From: Burkholderiales bacterium | Lineage (GTDB): Bacteria; Pseudomonadota; Gammaproteobacteria; Burkholderiales; SG8-41 | Reading direction: 5' to 3' | Length of the DNA stretch: 64,000 nucleotides | Assembly (NCBI GenBank): GCA_020854035.1 | Contig: JADZGE010000076.1 | Span: 18,027-82,026, forward strand | In this document: piece after piece, positions 45,453 to 58,352 of the stretch | Layout: every line of letters starts with the position of its first letter | Position numbering within the stretch: position 1 is the first letter of the stretch | Made by a program: the position numbers and the translations under genes | The notes under the pieces: model-generated | What the model saw: only the letters and a program-made list of their open reading frames with translations | Told to the model about the DNA's origin: nothing | Database searches by the model: none

Positions 45453-46208
45453 CTACCCTTCGTCCTTTTTCGCGGTAAGCTCGTCGGCGAGCTTCTGCGC
45501 CGCCGCGAAATCGAGCCTGCCCTCGTACACGGCGCGCCCCGTGATGGCGGCCGTGATGCCTTCGTGCGCCACCCCGCAGAGCGCACGGATTTCATCGAGC
45601 GTGGCGAGGCCCCCGCTCGCGATGACGGGCACGGCGAGTTCGTGGGCGAGCGCAACCGTCGCCGCCACGTTGACCCCGGTCAGCATGCCGTCCCGGCCGA
45701 TGTCGGTGTAGATGATCGACTCGACTCCGTAGTCCTGGAACTTCCGCGCGAGATCGAGGACTTCGTGCCCGGTCAGCTTGGACCAGCCGTCCACCGCCAC
45801 CCTGCCGTCCTTGGCGTCGAGCGAAACCAGCACGTGCCCCGGAAACGCCGCGCACGCCTCGTGCAGGAAGCCCGGGTTCTTCACCGCGGCGGTGCCGACG
45901 ATGACGTAGTGCACCCCGTGATCGAGATACTGCTCGATGGTGTCGAGGTCCCGCAGTCCGCCGCCCAGCTGTATGGGTATGCGCCCGGCAACGGCGCCCG
46001 CGATGGCGCGGATCGCGCCCTCGTTCTTCGGTCGGCCGGCGGCGGCGCCGTTCAGATCGATCACGTGCAGCCGCCGCGCGCCCTGCTTCACCCAGTTCTC
46101 CGCCATGGCGGCGGGGTCGTCGGAGAACACCGTCGGCGCGTCCATTACGCCCTGCCTGAGGCGCACGCACTTGCCGTCCTTGAGGTCGATCGCGGGAATG
46201 ATCAGCAT
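45453..46208 (-). CDS. hisA: ProFAR isomerase
   Basis: [20 protein letters not shown]... from ATG 46208. Confidence 0.95.
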   Translation of the reverse strand: MLIIPAIDLKDGKCVRLRQGVMDAPTVFSDDPAAMAENWVKQGARRLHVIDLNGAAAGRPKNEGAIRAIAGAVAGRIPIQLGGGLRDLDTIEQYLDHGVHYVIVGTAAVKNPGFLHEACAAFPGHVLVSLDAKDGRVAVDGWSKLTGHEVLDLARKFQDYGVESIIYTDIGRDGMLTGVNVAATVALAHELAVPVIASGGLATLDEIRALCGVAHEGITAAITGRAVYEGRLDFAAAQKLADELTAKKDEG

Positions 46209-46228
46209 GTATGGATGAGTGGAGACGA

Positions 46229-46894
46229 CTACGCGGGAATGGGGCGCGGCGCGCGCGCGGGCTGCCACGCGACGAAGTTGGCGAGGAGCCTCAGCCCGGC
46301 GGCCTGGCTCTTCTCGGGGTGAAACTGGACGGCGAACACGTTGGCGCGCGCTACCGCGCAGGCGAACGGCACGCCGTACTCGGTGGTGCCGGCGGCGAGC
46401 CCGGGCGCCGCGGGTTCGGCATAGTAGCTGTGCACGAAATAGAAGCGGCTCGCGTCGGCAATGCCCTCCCACAGCGGGTGGGCCGCCGCCTGCCGCACTT
46501 CGTTCCAGCCCATGTGCGGAACCTTCAGCCGCGTGCCGCCGGGGCCGGTCATGCGCCGCGCGGGGAAGCGCCGGATGCGCCCCGGCAGCAGCGCAAGTCC
46601 GGGCGTGTCGCCCTCCTCGCTCGACTCGAAGAGCATCTGCAGCCCGATGCAGATTCCGAGAAAGGGCTTGTCGCGGGCCGCGGCGACGACGGCGCCGCGC
46701 AGCCCGCGCGCGTCCATCTCGCGCATGCAGTCGGGCATCGCGCCCTGCCCCGGGAACACGACGCGCGCGGCGGCCGCAACCTCGGCGGCATCGCTCGTCA
46801 CGGCCACCGCGCGCCCGGGCGCCACGTGTTCGATCGCCTTCGCAACCGAGCGCAGGTTGCCCATGCCGTAGTCGACGACTGCGATCTCCGCCAT
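46229..46894 (-). CDS. hisH: imidazole glycerol phosphate synthase glutamine amidotransferase subunit
   Basis: [20 protein letters not shown]..., GICIGLQML (Cys nucleophile), FHPEKS. GTG 46918 is an alternative start. Confidence 0.9.
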   Translation of the reverse strand: MAEIAVVDYGMGNLRSVAKAIEHVAPGRAVAVTSDAAEVAAAARVVFPGQGAMPDCMREMDARGLRGAVVAAARDKPFLGICIGLQMLFESSEEGDTPGLALLPGRIRRFPARRMTGPGGTRLKVPHMGWNEVRQAAAHPLWEGIADASRFYFVHSYYAEPAAPGLAAGTTEYGVPFACAVARANVFAVQFHPEKSQAAGLRLLANFVAWQPARAPRPIPA

Positions 46895-46995
46895 TTCCGG
46901 TCGTGCAATCGGGCTCACGCGCGGCGCGTTCCAGTCCCGGCGCCGGCTGCCGTCGCGTCGTGACCGACGGCCGCGGCCGGGCGCAGCGCGCGCCG

Positions 46996-47580
46996 CTACA
47001 GGGTCCCCTTGGTCGAGGGCACACCCTCGACGCGCGGGTCCGTTTCCACCGCCATGCGCAGCGCGCGCCCGAACGCCTTGAACACCGTTTCCGCCTGATG
47101 GTGCGCGTTCATCCCCTTCAGGTTGTCCACGTGCAGCGTGACCTGCGCGTGGCTCACGAACCCCTGGAAGAACTCGCGCACGAGGTCGGCGTCGAACTCG
47201 CCGATCCGCGCGCGCGTGAAGCTTATGTGATAGTCGAGCCCCGGGCGTCCGGAGAGGTCCACGACGACACGGGAGAGCGCCTCGTCGAGCGGCACATAGG
47301 CGTGGCCGTAGCGCCGCACCCCCTTCTTGTCGCCGACGGCCCTGGTGAATGCCTGACCCAGCGTGATGCCCACGTCCTCGACGGTGTGATGCGCGTCGAC
47401 GTGCAGGTCGCCTTCGGCCTTCACTTCCACGTCGAACAGGCCGTGACGCGCGAGCTGCTCGAGCATGTGATCGAGGAACGGCACTCCCGTCGCGGTCCGC
47501 GCCGCGCCGGTGCCGTCGAGATCGAGCCGGACGGTGACGGCGGTCTCGTTGGTCTGGCGGATTACTTCGGCTTTTCGCAT
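46996..47580 (-). CDS. hisB: imidazoleglycerol-phosphate dehydratase
   Basis: [18 protein letters not shown]...GVPFLDHML...[11 protein letters not shown]. Confidence 0.95.
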   Translation of the reverse strand: MRKAEVIRQTNETAVTVRLDLDGTGAARTATGVPFLDHMLEQLARHGLFDVEVKAEGDLHVDAHHTVEDVGITLGQAFTRAVGDKKGVRRYGHAYVPLDEALSRVVVDLSGRPGLDYHISFTRARIGEFDADLVREFFQGFVSHAQVTLHVDNLKGMNAHHQAETVFKAFGRALRMAVETDPRVEGVPSTKGTL

Positions 47581-47624
47581 GGCCGGGCTGGATCGGGCGC
47601 GCAGCGCTCGCGGGAACTGGCGGT

Positions 47625-48698
47625 TCAGGCGGCGAGGGAGCGTTCGAGTGCGGTGAGGAATTCGCTGTTCTCGCCGGGCGTGCCGACGGTAACGCGCAGG
47701 CAGTTATCGAGCAGGCGGTGCGAGCCGTGGAGGCACTTCACGAGCACGCCGCGCTCTTTCATGGCGCCGAAGACGCGCTCCGCGTTGCTGGTCCGGAACA
47801 GTATGAAATTCGCCTCGCTCGGGTAGGGTTTCACTCCGGGCAGCAGCGCGAGCGCCTCGTGCAGCCGTCCGCGTTCAAGCTTGATTGCGCGCGCCTGTTC
47901 TGTCAACACCCGGTCGTGGCGCAGCACTTCGGCGGCGATTAGCTGCGTCAGCACGTTGATATTGTAGGGCAAACGCACCTTGGCGAGTTGCTCGAGCCAC
48001 GCCGGCGCCCCGGCGAGCGCGCCGAGCCGCAGCCCCGCGAGCCCGAGCTTGGAAACCGTGCGCATGACCAGCAGATTGCGGTATCGCGGCAGGCGGTCGA
48101 TGAAGCTCTTCCCGGCGAACGCGTGGTAGGCCTCGTCGAGCACGACGAGGCCCGGCGCGGTCTCGATCACGTGCGCGACAAGATCCTCGTCGAAGAGATT
48201 CCCGGTCGGATTGTTGGGCCAGGCGAGAAACACGAGGGCGGGCTGGTGGCGCTCGATCGCCGCGGCCATGCGCCCGGCGTCGATCTGGAAGTCCTCCCGC
48301 AGATCGACCCCCACGTAGCGCGCCCCGGCGAAGGTCGCGATCATCCGGAACATCACGAAGGAGGGCTCCACGCCCAGGATGACGGCGCCGGGGCGGGCTA
48401 CCGCCAGCGCGAGCACCTGGATCAGCTCGTCGGAGCCGTTGCCGAGCAGGACATCCATCCCCGCGGGCACGCCGAACGCGCGGCGGAGTTCGTCGCTCAG
48501 CGCGGCCGCCGCCGCGTCCGGGTAACGGTTCAGTTCCGCCTCGGCGGCGATCCGGGCGATGTTCGCGCGCAGGTCCTCCGGCAGGCGGTACGGATTCTCC
48601 ATCGCGTCGAGCTTCACCATGCCCGCGGCCGGCGGCACGTGGTAGGCCTTCAGCGCGCGGATCTCGTCGCGGATGATCTCTTCAGGACCCTTTGTCAT
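47625..48698 (-). CDS. hisC: histidinol-phosphate aminotransferase
   Basis: [14 protein letters not shown] ... class-II aminotransferase Lys region ([13 protein letters not shown]). ATG 48698; the listed ORF begins at TTG 48707. Confidence 0.9.
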   Translation of the reverse strand: MTKGPEEIIRDEIRALKAYHVPPAAGMVKLDAMENPYRLPEDLRANIARIAAEAELNRYPDAAAAALSDELRRAFGVPAGMDVLLGNGSDELIQVLALAVARPGAVILGVEPSFVMFRMIATFAGARYVGVDLREDFQIDAGRMAAAIERHQPALVFLAWPNNPTGNLFDEDLVAHVIETAPGLVVLDEAYHAFAGKSFIDRLPRYRNLLVMRTVSKLGLAGLRLGALAGAPAWLEQLAKVRLPYNINVLTQLIAAEVLRHDRVLTEQARAIKLERGRLHEALALLPGVKPYPSEANFILFRTSNAERVFGAMKERGVLVKCLHGSHRLLDNCLRVTVGTPGENSEFLTALERSLAA

Positions 48699-48709
48699 AA
48701 CACGCAATC

Positions 48710-48869
48710 AACCGCCAGGACGCCAGGAACGCCAAGAAAGCGGAAGCAAGTGCCGGAGGAAAACCGGAACGAACCGGCTCGACCCGCCAACCCGCCCCTG
48801 CTGTCAGGCAGAAGCGGCGAATCAGCATTTACGTTCGTCCGTCCTGGCGGACTTGGCGCCTTGGCGGTT
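48710..48869. repeat. 160-bp element with about 30-bp imperfect terminal inverted repeats built from CGCCARG units
   Basis: Left arm AACCGCCAGGACGCCAGGAACGCCAAG (48710-48736). The reverse complement of the right arm (48838-48869) reads AACCGCCAAGGCGCCAAGTCCGCCAGGACGGA. It fills the hisD-hisC gap and overlaps the 3' end of hisD. Confidence 0.55.
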
Positions 48870-50168
48870 CAAATCCTGCATTCGGTATTCGGCCGATTTC
48901 GCATGGGCCGGCAGCCCTTCGCCGCGCGCGAGCTCCGCCGCCACCGCGCCCAGCCTGCGCGCGCCCTCGGCGGATACGCGGATCACGCTCGAGCGCTTCT
49001 GGAAATCGTAGACGCCGAGCGGGGAGGAGAAGCGCGCCGTGCGCGAGGTCGGCAGCACGTGGTTCGGCCCCGCGCAGTAGTCGCCCAGCGCCTCCGATGC
49101 GTGGCGGCCGAGGAAGATCGCGCCGGCGTGCGTGATCCGCGCGAGCAGTTCGTCGGGATGCTCGACCGAAAGTTCGAGGTGCTCGGGCGCGATCCGGTTA
49201 ACGAGCCGGCACGCCTCTTCGAGATCGCGCACCTTGATCAGCGCGCCGCGCGCCGCGAGGGATGCCAGAATCACCTCGCGTCGCGGCATGTCGGCGAGCT
49301 GGCGCTCCATGCTCGCCGCGACCGCTTCGAGGAATTCGGCATCCGGCGTGATCAGGATCGCCTGCGCGATCTCGTCGTGCTCCGCCTGCGAGAAGAGATC
49401 CATCGCGACCCAGTCCGGGTCGGTCCGGCCGTCGCATACGACGACGATCTCCGAGGGACCGGCGATCATGTCGATGACGACCACTCCGAAGACCTGCCGT
49501 TTGGCCGCGGCCACCCAGGCGTTGCCCGGACCGACGATCTTGTCCACCGCCGGCACGGTGTCGGTGCCATGGGCGAGCGCGGCAACCGCCTGCGCGCCGC
49601 CGATGGTGAAGACGCGGTCCACCCCGCAGAGCGCGGCGGCCGCGAGCACGAGATCGTTGCGCCTGCCCCCGGGCGTGGGCACCGCCATCACGACCTCGCG
49701 CACGCCGGCAACCCGGGCCGGCACGGCGTTCATGATGACCGAGGACGGATACGCCGCCCGCCCGCCGGGCACGTAGATGCCGACGCGATCGAGGGGGGTG
49801 ATCCGCTGCCCCAGTTCGAGCCCCTCCTCGTCGGTGTAGGTCCACGACGGGGCGCGCTGCCGGTCGTGGAACGCGCGCACGCGGCGCGCCGCGGTCTCCA
49901 GCGCTTCGCGCCGTACCGCAGGCACGCGCGCGAGTGCAGCGCGCAGTTCACCGGGCGCGACCTCGAGCGCCGCCGCGGGGACGTCCAGGCCGTCGAAGCG
50001 GCGCGTGTACTCGACGAGCGCCGCATCGCCGCGGGCACGCACCTCGGCGATGATCTGCTTCACCCCCGCTTCGACGGCCAGGTCCTGGGCCGATTCGAAA
50101 GCGAGCAGCGCGGCGAACCTCGCCTCGAATCCGGGCGCTGCCGTGTCGAGGCGGTTCACGCCGGTCAT
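48822..50168 (-). CDS. hisD: histidinol dehydrogenase
   Basis: 448 aa with typical HisD features (…[10 protein letters not shown]…, QAEHDE, …SAEYR). The last 16 codons and the stop lie inside the repeat element. Confidence 0.95.
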   Translation of the reverse strand: MTGVNRLDTAAPGFEARFAALLAFESAQDLAVEAGVKQIIAEVRARGDAALVEYTRRFDGLDVPAAALEVAPGELRAALARVPAVRREALETAARRVRAFHDRQRAPSWTYTDEEGLELGQRITPLDRVGIYVPGGRAAYPSSVIMNAVPARVAGVREVVMAVPTPGGRRNDLVLAAAALCGVDRVFTIGGAQAVAALAHGTDTVPAVDKIVGPGNAWVAAAKRQVFGVVVIDMIAGPSEIVVVCDGRTDPDWVAMDLFSQAEHDEIAQAILITPDAEFLEAVAASMERQLADMPRREVILASLAARGALIKVRDLEEACRLVNRIAPEHLELSVEHPDELLARITHAGAIFLGRHASEALGDYCAGPNHVLPTSRTARFSSPLGVYDFQKRSSVIRVSAEGARRLGAVAAELARGEGLPAHAKSAEYRMQDLNRQGAKSARTDERKC

Positions 50169-50800
50169 CGCACCGCGGCCGCGAAGGAGTCGAGCACCGG
50201 CTGTATCGCGACGCGCTTCACCTTCAGCGCCGCCTGGTTCACGATCAACCGCGCGCTGACCGGCGCGATCTCCTCGACCGCCTTCAGGTTGTTGGCCCGG
50301 AGCGTGTTGCCGGTGCTGACGAGATCGACGATCGCGTCGGCGAGCCCGGTCAACGGTGCGAGTTCCATCGAACCGTAGAGCTTGATGAGATCGACGTGTA
50401 CGCCCTTGGCGGCGAAGTGCTCGCGCGCCGTCTGCACGTACTTGGTCGCCACTTTCAGGCGTGCCCCCTGTCTCACCGCCTCGCGATAGTTGAAACCGAC
50501 GGGCACGGCGACCATCATGCGGCAGCGCGCGATGCCCAGATCGAGCGGCTGGTAGAGCCCCTGCCCGCCGTGTTCGTCGAGCACGTCCTTGCCTGCGACC
50601 CCCAGCTCCGCCGCGCCGTACTGCACGTAGGTGGGAACGTCGGTCGCGCGCACGATGACGACCCGCACGTCGCGCCGGTTGGTCCTCAGTATCAGCTTTC
50701 TGGAGCTCTCCGGGTCGCCTCGCGGAACGATGCCCGCGCCCTTCAGGAGCGGCAGTGTCTCGTCGAAGATGCGGCCCTTGGAAAGTGCGAGGGTAATCAC
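50165..50800 (-). CDS. hisG: ATP phosphoribosyltransferase, short form
   Basis: [24 protein letters not shown]...; 211 aa; ATGA overlap with hisD. Confidence 0.95.
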   Translation of the reverse strand: MITLALSKGRIFDETLPLLKGAGIVPRGDPESSRKLILRTNRRDVRVVIVRATDVPTYVQYGAAELGVAGKDVLDEHGGQGLYQPLDLGIARCRMMVAVPVGFNYREAVRQGARLKVATKYVQTAREHFAAKGVHVDLIKLYGSMELAPLTGLADAIVDLVSTGNTLRANNLKAVEEIAPVSARLIVNQAALKVKRVAIQPVLDSFAAAVR

Positions 50801-50826
50801 TGGGAATTCAGAAAAAACAACATCTT

Positions 50827-50855
50827 ACCGCCAAGACGCCAAGGACGCCAAGAAG
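50827..50855. repeat. solo copy of the CGCCAAG-unit repeat arm
   Basis: ACCGCCAAGACGCCAAGGACGCCAAGAAG, in the same orientation as and closely similar to the left arm at 48710-48736. I found no matching inverted arm within 150 nt. Confidence 0.4.
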
Positions 50856-50997
50856 ATGGGGGAAGACACGGCAACCGCCACCGGATGCCGCTTGCCGCCG
50901 ACAGCGTACAGGAGGGGCTCGGTCGACCATTCGTAACGGCGCACTCGGCTGCGGCGGCCCGTCTGTTCCCGCCCGTCGGCGTAGCGGCAGCTCCTGT

Positions 50998-52278
<1,281 letters not shown>

Positions 52279-52320
52279 TCAGCCCGCGAATTCCGCGTGC
52301 GCCGTGGCAAGGTCCGCCTT

Positions 52321-52563
52321 CTACCCGTTCCCGGCCGCCCAGTCTTCGGGCGTCAGCGTCTTCATGGAGAGCGCGTGTATCTCGGCGCGCATGCGCTCGC
52401 CGAGCGCGCCGTAGACGAGTTGATGCCGTTGCACGCGCGACCTGCCCCGGAATTCGGCGCTGACGACAACAGCCTCGAAGTGATGCCCGTCGCCGGCGAC
52501 CGCGACGTGCTCGCACGCGAGCCCGCCGCGTATGTACTGCTCGATCTCACCGGGCGTGATCAT
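52321..52563 (-). CDS. BolA-family protein (IbaG/YrbA-like)
   Basis: 80 aa. GDGHHFEAVVVSAEFRGRSRVQRHQLVY...IHALSMKTLTPEDW. Conserved position between the mla operon and murA. Confidence 0.8.
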   Translation of the reverse strand: MITPGEIEQYIRGGLACEHVAVAGDGHHFEAVVVSAEFRGRSRVQRHQLVYGALGERMRAEIHALSMKTLTPEDWAAGNG

Positions 52564-52641
52564 GGCGCAAGGCGCAGGCGGTCAGGCCGGCTCGGTCTTC
52601 GTGATCACGGTTTCGCCGCACCGCTGCCCGCGCCTCACGGC

Positions 52642-52923
52642 TCATGCCTCGCCGAGCAGTCCCGTCACGCCGTAGAGTTCCGCGAGGCTCTTCAGGTTGG
52701 CGGGCAGGTTGACGAAGCGTATCCGGCGCTCATCGCGCAGCGCGCGGCGGCGCCACTCGAGCAGCAGACTCACCGCGGTCGAGTCGACCTCGGTCACCCC
52801 GGCGAGGTCGACGGTGACCTGGGCGCCGGTCATGCTCCGCGCGCCCTCCTCGAGCACGGACTGCACGTTCGCGATCGTGATCGGCCCCTGGAGCATGCAG
52901 CGCCCGTCGGAAGACGCGCTCAT
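52642..52923 (-). CDS. mlaB: STAS-domain protein, MlaB-like
   Basis: 93 aa. VDLAGVTEVDSTAVSLLLEWRR...NLPANLKSLAELYGV. ATGA overlap with mlaC. Confidence 0.7.
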   Translation of the reverse strand: MSASSDGRCMLQGPITIANVQSVLEEGARSMTGAQVTVDLAGVTEVDSTAVSLLLEWRRRALRDERRIRFVNLPANLKSLAELYGVTGLLGEA

Positions 52924-53555
52924 TTCGCCTCCGCCTCGAGCGGCGCAAGGGCGCTCCGGTTCTTCTCCGAGAGCGACTTGATCAGCCCGTCCACGCCGCC
53001 CTTCTGGACTTCGGAGTTGAAGGTGTTGCGGTAGTTCTCGACCAGGCTGATGCCCTCGATCTTGACGTCGTAGACCTTCCAGCCGGCGCCGGTCTTCTCC
53101 ATGCGGTAGTCGACGGCCACCGGCTGGCCGCCGGACTGCCTGATGGTCGATCGCACCACGACGTCGGTGTCGCCCGGCGCGAGCCTGACCGGCCGGTAGT
53201 CGATCGCCTGGTTGCGGTACTGCGTGAAGGCGCTCGTGTAGGTGCGCACGAGCAGCGCCCGGAACTCCTGCGTGAGTGTCTTCCTCTGCTCGGCGCTCGC
53301 CCGGCTCCAGTTGCGCCCCATGGCGAGCCGCGTCATCGAGGTGAACTCGAAATGAGGCGCGATCCTGGTTTCGATCACCTCGACCACGCGCTTGTTGTTG
53401 CCGGCCTGCACCTCCTTGTCCGAGCGCAGGATCTTCAGCACCTCGTCGGTGACGCTGCGCGCGAGCGCATCCGGCGCCTCAACGTCGCTCGCGGCACCCG
53501 CCGGCGCCAGGGCGGCCGCGCCGAGCGCGGCCATCAGCCACAGCAATCTCGCCAT
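52920..53555 (-). CDS. mlaC: phospholipid-binding periplasmic protein MlaC
   Basis: Signal peptide MARLLWLMAALGAAALAPAGA. The ...IAPHFEFTSMTRLAMGRNW... Tgt2/MlaC pattern. TTG 53585 is an alternative start. Confidence 0.8.
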   Translation of the reverse strand: MARLLWLMAALGAAALAPAGAASDVEAPDALARSVTDEVLKILRSDKEVQAGNNKRVVEVIETRIAPHFEFTSMTRLAMGRNWSRASAEQRKTLTQEFRALLVRTYTSAFTQYRNQAIDYRPVRLAPGDTDVVVRSTIRQSGGQPVAVDYRMEKTGAGWKVYDVKIEGISLVENYRNTFNSEVQKGGVDGLIKSLSEKNRSALAPLEAEAK

Positions 53556-53598
53556 TGCCAGTTCCGCCTTCCCGACCCCGATCAACGCGCGGCCGCGG

Positions 53599-54072
53599 TC
53601 ACTTCGCGCTGCCGCCTTCGGCCGCCTTATTGTACAGAAACTGCCCGATCAGCTTCTCCAGCACGACCGCCGACTGCGTGAGCTTGAACGACTCGCCGTT
53701 GCCGAGCATCTTCTCGTCGCCGCCGCCCTCGAGACCGATGTACTGCTCCCCGAGCAGGCCCGAAGTGAGGATCGAGGCCGTGGTATCGCGCGGAAACCTG
53801 TAGCGGCGATCGATCGTCATGGTGACGCGCGCCACGAACTTCTCGTTGTCGAACTGGATGTCGGAAACCCGGCCGACCACGACGCCGGCGCTCTTCACCG
53901 GCGCGCGGCGTTTCAAGCCCCCGATGTTGTCGAAGCTCGCGACGAGCTCGTAGGTTTCACGCACGTTGTAGGTTTCGCTCGCGTTGCCCACGCGCAACGC
54001 GAGAAACATCAGGGCGAGTATGCCCGCAACGACGAATACGCCGACCCACAGGTCGAGCACGGTCCTGTCCAT
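53599..54072 (-). CDS. mlaD: outer-membrane lipid asymmetry protein MlaD (MCE domain)
   Basis: N-terminal TM anchor, MCE domain (F..IGGLKRRAPVKSAGVVVGRV). Confidence 0.85.
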   Translation of the reverse strand: MDRTVLDLWVGVFVVAGILALMFLALRVGNASETYNVRETYELVASFDNIGGLKRRAPVKSAGVVVGRVSDIQFDNEKFVARVTMTIDRRYRFPRDTTASILTSGLLGEQYIGLEGGGDEKMLGNGESFKLTQSAVVLEKLIGQFLYNKAAEGGSAK

Positions 54073-54075
54073 CGC

Positions 54076-54882
54076 CTATACCCCCGTAAACATGAACGCC
54101 GTCAGCACGAAATCGAGCCCCAGTATCGCGAGCGAGGACGTGACGACGGTGCGCGTGGTCGCGCCCGAGACGCCCTCCGCCGTGGGCGGCGCGTCGTAGC
54201 CCTCGAACAGCGCGATCGCGGTCACCGCCACGCCGAAGACGATGCTCTTGATGACCCCGTTCAGCACGTCCTGCCGGAAATCCACCGCGCCCTGCATCTG
54301 CGACCAGAACGCGCCCTCGTCGACGCCGATCACGACGACGGTGATGAGGTAGCCGCCACACACCCCCACGGCGCTGAACAGCGCCGCGAGCAGCGGCATG
54401 GAAATCACGCCGCCCCAGAAGCGCGGCCCGACGACGCGCGCGATCGGGTCGACCGCCATCATTTCCATCGCCGAGATCTGCTCGGTCGCCTTCATGAGGC
54501 CGATCTCGGCGGTCATCGCCGAACCGGCGCGGCTCGCGAAGAGCAGCGCCGCCACCACCGGTCCGAGCTCGCGCGTGAGCGAGAGCGCGACGAGCGTGCC
54601 GACCGCCTCGGCCGAGCCGTATTTCTGGAGCGTTTCGTATCCCTGCAGCCCGAGCACCATGCCCACGAACAACCCGGAGACGCAGATGATGATGAGCGAG
54701 AGCACCCCCGCGAAGTAGATCTCGCGCACCGTCAGCCGGAAACGCCGGAAGCTCACCCCGGAGCGCAGCAGGATCAGCAGGAAGAAGCGGCTCGCGTAGC
54801 CGAGCCGCCACACGCCGTTCACGACGCGGTGCCCGACGAGCCGCAGCGCCCTCGTGATCGCGCCCGGCCGCTTCTCAGGCAT
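54076..54882 (-). CDS. mlaE: ABC transporter permease MlaE
   Basis: 268 aa with the MlaE pattern ([28 protein letters not shown]). Confidence 0.9.
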   Translation of the reverse strand: MPEKRPGAITRALRLVGHRVVNGVWRLGYASRFFLLILLRSGVSFRRFRLTVREIYFAGVLSLIIICVSGLFVGMVLGLQGYETLQKYGSAEAVGTLVALSLTRELGPVVAALLFASRAGSAMTAEIGLMKATEQISAMEMMAVDPIARVVGPRFWGGVISMPLLAALFSAVGVCGGYLITVVVIGVDEGAFWSQMQGAVDFRQDVLNGVIKSIVFGVAVTAIALFEGYDAPPTAEGVSGATTRTVVTSSLAILGLDFVLTAFMFTGV

Positions 54883-55681
54883 GCGCGCGCTCGAGCGCGA
54901 GATCGGGACCGTAGGCGGTCCCGGGGTAGTGGAACGGCATCGGCCCGTCCCTCTCGCCCCACACGAACTGGTGCACGAATGGGGTCTTCGAGGCGCGGAT
55001 CTCCGCGGGCGCGCCCTGCGCGACGATCACACCGTCGGCCACGAAGTAGACGTAGTCGACGATGCGCAGCGTCTCCTGCACGTCATGGGTCACGATGATC
55101 GAGGTCGCGCCGAGCGCCGCATTGAGCCGCCGGATGAGGTTGCTGATGACACCCATGGAAATCGGGTCGAGGCCGGTGAACGGCTCGTCGTACATGATGA
55201 GCATCGGATCGAGGGCGATCGCGCGGGCGAGCGCGACCCGGCGGGCCATCCCGCCGGAAAGCTCCGAGGGCATCAGCTCGCACGCACCGCGCAGCCCGAC
55301 CGCGTTCAACTTCATGAGCGCGAGATCGCGTATCATGGGCTCCGGCAGCGTGGTGTGCTCGCGCATCGGGAAGGCCACGTTGTCGAACACCGAAAGATCC
55401 GTGTATAGCGCGCCGAACTGGAACAGCATGCCCATCCTGCGGCGCATCGCGTAGAGCGCCTCCTGATCGAGTTCGTTCATGAGGCGCCCGTCGACGCGCA
55501 CCGTGCCGCTCTTCGCCCCGAGCGAGCCGCCGATCAGGCGGAGCAGCGTCGTCTTGCCGCAGCCGGAGAGCCCCATGATGGTCACGACGGCGCCGCGCCG
55601 CACCGTCATGTTGATGCCCCGCAGGACCGGGCGAACGTCGTAGGAGAAGGTAACGTCCCTGATCTCGATCAGGTTTTCCAT
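54875..55681 (-). CDS. mlaF: ABC transporter ATP-binding protein MlaF
   Basis: [14 protein letters not shown]..., Walker [10 protein letters not shown], signature LSGGMARR, Walker B LIMYDEP. Confidence 0.9.
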   Translation of the reverse strand: MENLIEIRDVTFSYDVRPVLRGINMTVRRGAVVTIMGLSGCGKTTLLRLIGGSLGAKSGTVRVDGRLMNELDQEALYAMRRRMGMLFQFGALYTDLSVFDNVAFPMREHTTLPEPMIRDLALMKLNAVGLRGACELMPSELSGGMARRVALARAIALDPMLIMYDEPFTGLDPISMGVISNLIRRLNAALGATSIIVTHDVQETLRIVDYVYFVADGVIVAQGAPAEIRASKTPFVHQFVWGERDGPMPFHYPGTAYGPDLALERAHA

Positions 55682-55882
55682 GCCTCGATGCGGCGCGCGC
55701 GAAAAAGCGGTCATTCTAAACCACATCCGCGGCCCCTGCGCCCGGCGCGCCCTGCGTCTCGCGCGCATCGCGCGCTCGCCCCGGCGGCGGCACGCCGCCC
55801 GGGGAATCGTGCTGCGGCGGGGATCGCCGGAGCCGCCGGCGGCCACCGCCGGGAGCGTCGAATAACGGGATAGCCGCACCAG

Positions 55883-56605
55883 ATGACCGGGACCGCTCTC
55901 CTTTTCGACGGGGTCGGCAAGTCCTACCCGGGGCTCGCCGCCCTCGACGACGTCTCGCTGGCCGTGGGACGCGGGGAGTTCGTCGCGCTCGTCGGCGTCA
56001 ACGGCGCCGGCAAGACGACGCTTATCAAGTGTCTCCTCGATTTCTGCGATGCCGACCGGGGAGCGATCGAGATCCTCGGCATCCCGCATCGCGAGACGCG
56101 CGCCCGCCGCGAACTCGCCTACCTGCCGGAGCGGTTCAATCCGCCGTACTTCCTCACCGGACGGGATTTCGTGCGGCACATGCTGCGCCTCTACCGCACC
56201 CCCTACGACGAGGCGCAGGCGGTGCGGACGTTCGCCGCGCTCGACCTGGACCCGGCGGCGCTCGGACGGGCAGCCCGCGGCTACTCGAAAGGCATGACGC
56301 AGAAGCTCGGCATCGCGGCCTGCCTGCTTTCGGGCCGGTCGCTCTTTGTGCTCGACGAGCCCGCCGGGGGGCTCGATCCCCGGGCGCGGGCGATGCTGAA
56401 GAACGAGCTGCGGGCCCGGCACCGCGCCGGGGGCACGATCTTCTTCACGTCCCACGCGCTGGGGGATGTCGCCGAGCTCTGCGATCGCCTCGTCGTGTTG
56501 CACGGCGGGCGGGTGCGCTACGCCGGCACGCCCGCGGAGTTCGTGCGGGGGCGCGCCGCGGCCGACCTCGAAGCCGCGTTCCTCGACTGCATCTCGGAGC
56601 CCTGA
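55883..56605 (+). CDS. ABC transporter ATP-binding protein, no adjacent permease
   Basis: Walker A GVNGAGKTT, signature YSKGMTQK, Walker B LFVLDEP. Divergent from mlaF. Confidence 0.8.
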   Translation: MTGTALLFDGVGKSYPGLAALDDVSLAVGRGEFVALVGVNGAGKTTLIKCLLDFCDADRGAIEILGIPHRETRARRELAYLPERFNPPYFLTGRDFVRHMLRLYRTPYDEAQAVRTFAALDLDPAALGRAARGYSKGMTQKLGIAACLLSGRSLFVLDEPAGGLDPRARAMLKNELRARHRAGGTIFFTSHALGDVAELCDRLVVLHGGRVRYAGTPAEFVRGRAAADLEAAFLDCISEP

Positions 56606-56723
56606 TGCGGCGGGTTCGCCGGCTCCGGCGCCTCGACAAATTCCTTACTTCATAAGCATTTGCGGTACAATGCGCGAAGCGAAGCGCCGGCAGCGGGACT
56701 ACTGGAGCGCAAGGGGGTCTTGA

Positions 56724-58187
<1,464 letters not shown>

Positions 58188-58352
58188 GGCGATGCGCCCC
58201 ACGGGGGCGCCGCCATCGCGCGACGGGCAACCGGCGCGCGCCTCCCCGTTCTGCCCGCTCTTCCCCCGCCACCCCCGCGCGTGCCCGCCCGCGGCCGGAT
58301 TCGGCCGCGCCGACCCGGCGGGCGGCACACCCGTCACTTACCGGAGCCGGAC

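Noticed and set aside
56641-56675. TACAAT (56666-56671) as the -10 box for the response-regulator gene.
   Set aside because: No acceptable -35 at 16-18 nt spacing. Left as unassigned.
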